The notes under the pieces were generated by a model. That model made no database searches. It was not told the origin of the DNA and saw only the letters and a list, made by a program, of their open reading frames with translations. From the UHGV virus genome UHGV-0196088: 26,857 bases of DNA; one strand, 5' to 3'. This DNA comes from a virus. Position numbers and translations under genes: made by a program. Of the stretch, positions 23,262 to 26,857 are shown piece by piece (the first letter of the stretch is position 1; every line of letters begins with the position of its first letter).

Positions 23262-24440
23262 TCAACCTTCATGCCTTGTAATCGCTTTCTTTAGCGCGTC
23301 GACGTGAGCGAACGAGTTTTCCCAATGCAGACCTGTATGACCGAAGTGCCCATAGGTTGAATACTGTGTAAAGCTAGGCTTGCGAAGGTTCAAGGCATCG
23401 ATGATTGCTCCAGGGCGCAGCGAGAATACTTCGCGTGCTGCCTCGGTCAGGATCTCGTCGGAGTATTCACCACTGCCGAGGGTGTCAACAGTGAAGGCGA
23501 CTGGGTCAGCCTTCCCAATCGCATAAGAAATGCTTACTTGGCACTCGATGGCCAACCGTGCGTCGACGATCGTTTTCGCGATCAGGCGCGCCATATAGGC
23601 ACCCGAACGATCCACTTTCGAGGCGTCCTTGCCTGAGAACGCACCACCACCATGGAGCGCGAGACCGCCGTAAGTATCAACCATCAACTTGCGACCCGTC
23701 AGACCCGTGTCCGCCTTCGGCCCACCCACCGTAAACAAGCCTGAGGGATTCACCAGAATCTCGGTGTCAGCGCTAATCGGCAGGTACAGCTTACAAGCGG
23801 GTGCGACGATCAGTGTTTTGACCTCAGCTGCAAGCTCATCTAGATCCTTGATCTTCTCGTGTTGGATCGACACCACCACGGTCTCAATCGCCAGCGGTTG
23901 TCCGGCGGCGTCGTAGCGAACCGTCACCTGCGCCTTACCATCGGACTTGATACCGGTGATCGTGCCTTGCTTGCGGGCATTGTCGAGCCGGGCGCAAATC
24001 TCATGAGAGAGCACAAGCGGCAGCGGCAAACGCTCCGGAGTCTCACGAGTGGCATAACCGTAAACAGTGCCTTGATCGCCAGCACCCTGCAAAGCGAATT
24101 CGGTGTCATCCCCAAAGCGTGCCTCTAAGGACTTGGAGACTCCGGCATTGATATCTGGGGATTGGCGGCGTGTCCAGACGAAGACGAGGAACTTCCACGG
24201 CACATAACCCGCCTCCATCAACGCGTAACGCACCGACTCACGAATGCGCGGACGAACCTTCGAAGTGATCTCGCCAGTGACGATGATCCGATGCCCGCTA
24301 GCCATCACTTCTACTGCGACGCGGGCAGCAGGATCCTCGTAGAGGATATCGTCAAGGATCGTGTCAGCGATCAGGTCGCAGAGCTTATCGGGATGGCCGA
24401 CACACACGGCCTCAGCAGTCTTCGTAACAGACATACACAC
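23262..24440 (-). CDS. metK: S-adenosylmethionine synthetase (methionine adenosyltransferase)
   Basis: MetK signature motifs by eye: GHPDKLCD near the N-terminus, GAGDQG, DTYGG, GGGAFSGKDASKVDRSGAY, and a YAIG C-terminal region. The probable start is the ATG two codons in (MSVTKTAEAV...). Confidence 0.95.
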   Translation of the reverse strand: MCMSVTKTAEAVCVGHPDKLCDLIADTILDDILYEDPAARVAVEVMASGHRIIVTGEITSKVRPRIRESVRYALMEAGYVPWKFLVFVWTRRQSPDINAGVSKSLEARFGDDTEFALQGAGDQGTVYGYATRETPERLPLPLVLSHEICARLDNARKQGTITGIKSDGKAQVTVRYDAAGQPLAIETVVVSIQHEKIKDLDELAAEVKTLIVAPACKLYLPISADTEILVNPSGLFTVGGPKADTGLTGRKLMVDTYGGLALHGGGAFSGKDASKVDRSGAYMARLIAKTIVDARLAIECQVSISYAIGKADPVAFTVDTLGSGEYSDEILTEAAREVFSLRPGAIIDALNLRKPSFTQYSTYGHFGHTGLHWENSFAHVDALKKAITRHEG

Positions 24441-24464
24441 TCACTTTCCAAGGAATCGGGACAT

Positions 24465-24495
24465 AGAAAAGTGCCCACCCATCCGGGGCAGGCAC
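24465..24495 (-). terminator. Intrinsic terminator candidate between TerS and metK
   Basis: On the minus transcript: GUGCCUGCCC-CGGAU-GGGUGGGCAC (~10-bp stem with G-U pairs) followed by UUUUCUAU. Coordinates are approximate. Confidence 0.3.
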
Positions 24496-24513
24496 ACGAA
24501 AATCAAAGGGGTG

Positions 24514-25086
24514 TTAGGAGCGTGCTTTGAGCAGTTGCTCCATCACGTCATCACCCGGAGCCGTGCCCGAGTAGTCGGTGGTGCAGGTGGCGCGGACGAT
24601 CTCGTAAATCTCGTACCAGTACACGTTCGCTTGCTTCCCGAACGACTGGGACATGGCGACGAAGGGGGACGCGATTGCAGCCCCTGTGGTTGGGTGCTTG
24701 CCAAGTAGGCCGAACTTGGAGATCGCCTGCTCACACTGCACATAGCGCGCGAACGCCTGCGCATAGGCTTCGATCAGACGTGGGGCGACGAACTGGGAAC
24801 AGCCACGTTGATCGAGCCATTGCCACGTTTCTCGGTAGACCAGGTCAGCACCGAGTGGTTTGCCATCCCGCTGAACCTCAGACAAATACTCGCTAGGTTC
24901 TGGCATGGTCTCCCCGGCGAGCACTGCGCCCTCACCCACATCGGAGCCGCTGAAATCAAACACGTCCTCAAGCGGATCATGCAACCTAGTCGCAGGGCTG
25001 CCTTTGGCAACCTTCTCACTCAACGCATCCGGCTTCGCACCCGCACGCACCCGACGTCCACCCCTGTTAGTACCATCCTTAGCCAT
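24514..25086 (-). CDS. Terminase small subunit (P27-family-like)
   Basis: 190 aa; basic N-terminus (MAKDGTNRGGRRVRAGAKP), central ...LIEAYAQAFARYVQCEQAISKFGLLGKHPTTGAAIASPFVAM... resembling P27-type small terminases. GGAGG RBS. First late gene after an AT-rich promoter region. Confidence 0.6.
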   Translation of the reverse strand: MAKDGTNRGGRRVRAGAKPDALSEKVAKGSPATRLHDPLEDVFDFSGSDVGEGAVLAGETMPEPSEYLSEVQRDGKPLGADLVYRETWQWLDQRGCSQFVAPRLIEAYAQAFARYVQCEQAISKFGLLGKHPTTGAAIASPFVAMSQSFGKQANVYWYEIYEIVRATCTTDYSGTAPGDDVMEQLLKARS

Positions 25087-25101
25087 GGGAATCCTCCCCT
25101 C

Positions 25102-25130
25102 TTGCTGGACGTGCTGATACTCTATATAAT
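25102..25130 (+). promoter_or_regulatory. Near-consensus sigma-70-type promoter (TTGCTG - 17 nt - TATAAT) facing the plus-strand membrane gene
   Basis: Read directly in the AT-rich spacer between the TerS start and the plus-strand ORF; a TTGACA hexamer lies a few nt downstream. The same region probably holds the divergent promoter for TerS. Confidence 0.45.
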
Positions 25131-25185
25131 TTCACCAGTTGACATAATTAGCATCGGTAATGGAGAGTCTTCGTGGACTACTGAG

Positions 25186-25638
25186 ATGGAAGCGACCAAT
25201 AACTTATCCAATCGTGGGATTCGGTATAGATGGCTGCTAGGTATTACCTTTGTATTTTTCGCTTGCCATGTTTCCTACACCGTTTTAGCTCTTACGCTTC
25301 CGAGTATTCAGCTACTCGGGTCACTTTTGATCGCTGTATCAATACCCGTTAGCGCTCTTTTTGGTTGTGTCCTGCCACTCAGAGGGTTTAACTCTCGATT
25401 CTTGATTAAATCTGGGTTCTCTATTTTCGTTGGCATTGTAGCGGCTTACGCCACGGCACAACTAGCTGAGAGTGGCAATTTATCAGTGCGAGCAATGCTC
25501 TGCGGGCACCTCGCACTCAATCTGACAATCTACACTTTAATGTGTGGTTTAACGACAATCTATATTCGCCGTCAGCAAACTGGGTGTACTCGACGCCCAG
25601 AAACCACTGAGGATCAACAACTAGACGACAATCAATAG
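25186..25638 (+). CDS. Integral membrane protein (about 150 aa, ~4 TM helices) in a low-G+C island
   Basis: In-frame ATG within track ORF 24808..25638. Hydrophobic helices (WLLGITFVFFA, LLGSLLIAVSIPVSALFGCVL, GFSIFVGIVAAYATA, LALNLTIYTLMCGL). The region is visibly AT-richer than the phage genes. Confidence 0.55.
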   Translation: MEATNNLSNRGIRYRWLLGITFVFFACHVSYTVLALTLPSIQLLGSLLIAVSIPVSALFGCVLPLRGFNSRFLIKSGFSIFVGIVAAYATAQLAESGNLSVRAMLCGHLALNLTIYTLMCGLTTIYIRRQQTGCTRRPETTEDQQLDDNQ

Positions 25639-25673
25639 TCTACAGGTGCCCAACAACCCTACCCTCTTACTGA

Positions 25674-26183
25674 TCATTTCTCCGACTCAGGTAGGCTTTT
25701 CGTTCCTTTGTTCAACGCGTCAGTGAGGTTTTCAATAAACGATTCACTATGATCAATGATTACCGTTGCCCCATCTTTGATCACAACATGCACGGACGTT
25801 GTATTCGGGTAGTTGGCGTTTACCTCTGTCAATTTGCCATCATATGTAAACCAACGAAGTGTTATATCGCTACGGGAAATTTTACGTGCAGACTCTGAAC
25901 AGACCTGATGTGGTACATCAGCTGGTGATGCTGAGTGAGTGTCAACGCATACCTGGCCTTTAGTTTGATAAACGTCAACGGTATTGTTGCCAGAGTCGGC
26001 TCTAGCCACCAAATACTTCGCATCGATTTTGGGAGAGGTAACCACGACTCCAGGGATTAGATTGAAATAGAGCGCGATTAAAATTCCGAGGATAGAGAGC
26101 GCGCAGGCAGCAATAATGAGTGCTATTTTTCTTATTCTGAGAACAAGAATTCTAGTTTTCACATTGTTGCTGCCTGCGTTCAT
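25674..26183 (-). CDS. N-terminally membrane-anchored protein with ~120-aa extracytoplasmic domain
   Basis: 169 aa: basic stretch (KTRILVLRIRK), then one TM helix (IALIIAACALSILGILIALYF), then a soluble domain with two Cys. Low G+C; immediately downstream of the next ORF. Confidence 0.55.
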   Translation of the reverse strand: MNAGSNNVKTRILVLRIRKIALIIAACALSILGILIALYFNLIPGVVVTSPKIDAKYLVARADSGNNTVDVYQTKGQVCVDTHSASPADVPHQVCSESARKISRSDITLRWFTYDGKLTEVNANYPNTTSVHVVIKDGATVIIDHSESFIENLTDALNKGTKSLPESEK

Positions 26184-26195
26184 TGCTTTGCGCTC

Positions 26196-26857
26196 CTATC
26201 CAGCTGCTCCGATTGCCACCAGCCCTCCGACTAGCCCAGCTTCGGGTGCGACGACAACTACAACGGCAGCGAGTGCCACGAGCGCGACAACACCGACTGC
26301 TACAGCAACTGCCTCGCCAGAAACCTCGGGTAGTCGCAATTCTACACCTAGCGTTGGATGCAGGGTGACCTCATAGGTGACAGTCACGGACATGGTGGAC
26401 TTTACTGCGGTGTTTCCGCTTGCAAGGTTATCTGAATCCACTCGAATCCATGCCTGCAATGAAGTGGGATCCACAACTGTGAGTCCATATGAAATATTTC
26501 CTGACTTAACAGACCCTGCTATACGTTTGATTTTTGAGGCGAAGTCACCATTGGAACCGAGATCTTTCACATCGAAGGTTGCGCTTGCGGAGTCAATTGA
26601 ACTGAGAGTCGAGGCTGACAGTTCTCCCGCATTGTTTACCGTGATGTTAGTTGAAAACAATTCATTAGAGGATGTCGTCGCTTGAGTCGCGATATGTGCT
26701 GAGACCTTCATGTCGAAAGTTGGCGTATGCACATTGCCAAGCTCAAGTGTCTGGCCGTATTCCCAGCCAACAGAAGAAAAGCTTGGGTAGTAACCCAAGG
26801 GCTCAAGTACACGTCGCACGAAAGTTTCTCGTGCGATCTCGAGCAGATTACGTCGGT
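26196..26857 (-). CDS. Ser/Thr-rich surface-type protein with hydrophobic C-terminal segment; 5' end probably beyond the window
   Basis: The ORF stays open to the window edge. Beta-rich Ser/Thr/Asn-rich sequence ending in a long hydrophobic Ala/Val/Gly stretch preceded by LPEVSG. Confidence 0.45.
   Translation of the reverse strand, partial: RRNLLEIARETFVRRVLEPLGYYPSFSSVGWEYGQTLELGNVHTPTFDMKVSAHIATQATTSSNELFSTNITVNNAGELSASTLSSIDSASATFDVKDLGSNGDFASKIKRIAGSVKSGNISYGLTVVDPTSLQAWIRVDSDNLASGNTAVKSTMSVTVTYEVTLHPTLGVELRLPEVSGEAVAVAVGVVALVALAAVVVVVAPEAGLVGGLVAIGAAG

Noticed and set aside
24808-25175. 5' extension of track ORF 24808..25638 running antisense through the TerS gene
   Set aside because: Only the part downstream of the ATG near 25186 is hydrophobic and compositionally distinct; the upstream part is a shadow of the TerS coding region.

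Overview
This window is the late region (packaging, head, tail, lysis) of a temperate siphovirus-type prophage in a high-G+C Gram-positive, Actinobacteria-like background; every call is from reading the sequence and ORF track by eye, with no database search. Nearly all genes lie on the minus strand. Reading that strand from high to low coordinate: a lower-G+C accessory island (25.1-26.9 kb), small terminase, S-adenosylmethionine synthetase (MetK), HNH endonuclease, ParB-domain/N6-adenine methyltransferase, C5-cytosine methyltransferase, four small ORFs each preceded by a copy of a conserved leader element, large terminase, portal, prohead protease, major capsid, head-tail connector proteins, major tail protein, tail assembly chaperone, tape measure, Dit, Tal/receptor-binding protein, two small ORFs, holin, endolysin (amidase with three CW_7-like repeats), a terminator, and a truncated HTH/zinc-ribbon gene. 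Three plus-strand insertions interrupt this: a small membrane protein plus alpha/beta-hydrolase between chaperone and tape measure, a 4-TM membrane protein between large terminase and portal, and a membrane protein behind a near-consensus promoter in the low-G+C island. The best candidates for something undescribed are the MetK-plus-two-methyltransferase block between the terminase subunits and the repeated leader elements driving small ORFs, one strongly acidic. Hand-derived coordinates may be off by 1-2 nt; CDS ends follow the ORF track.
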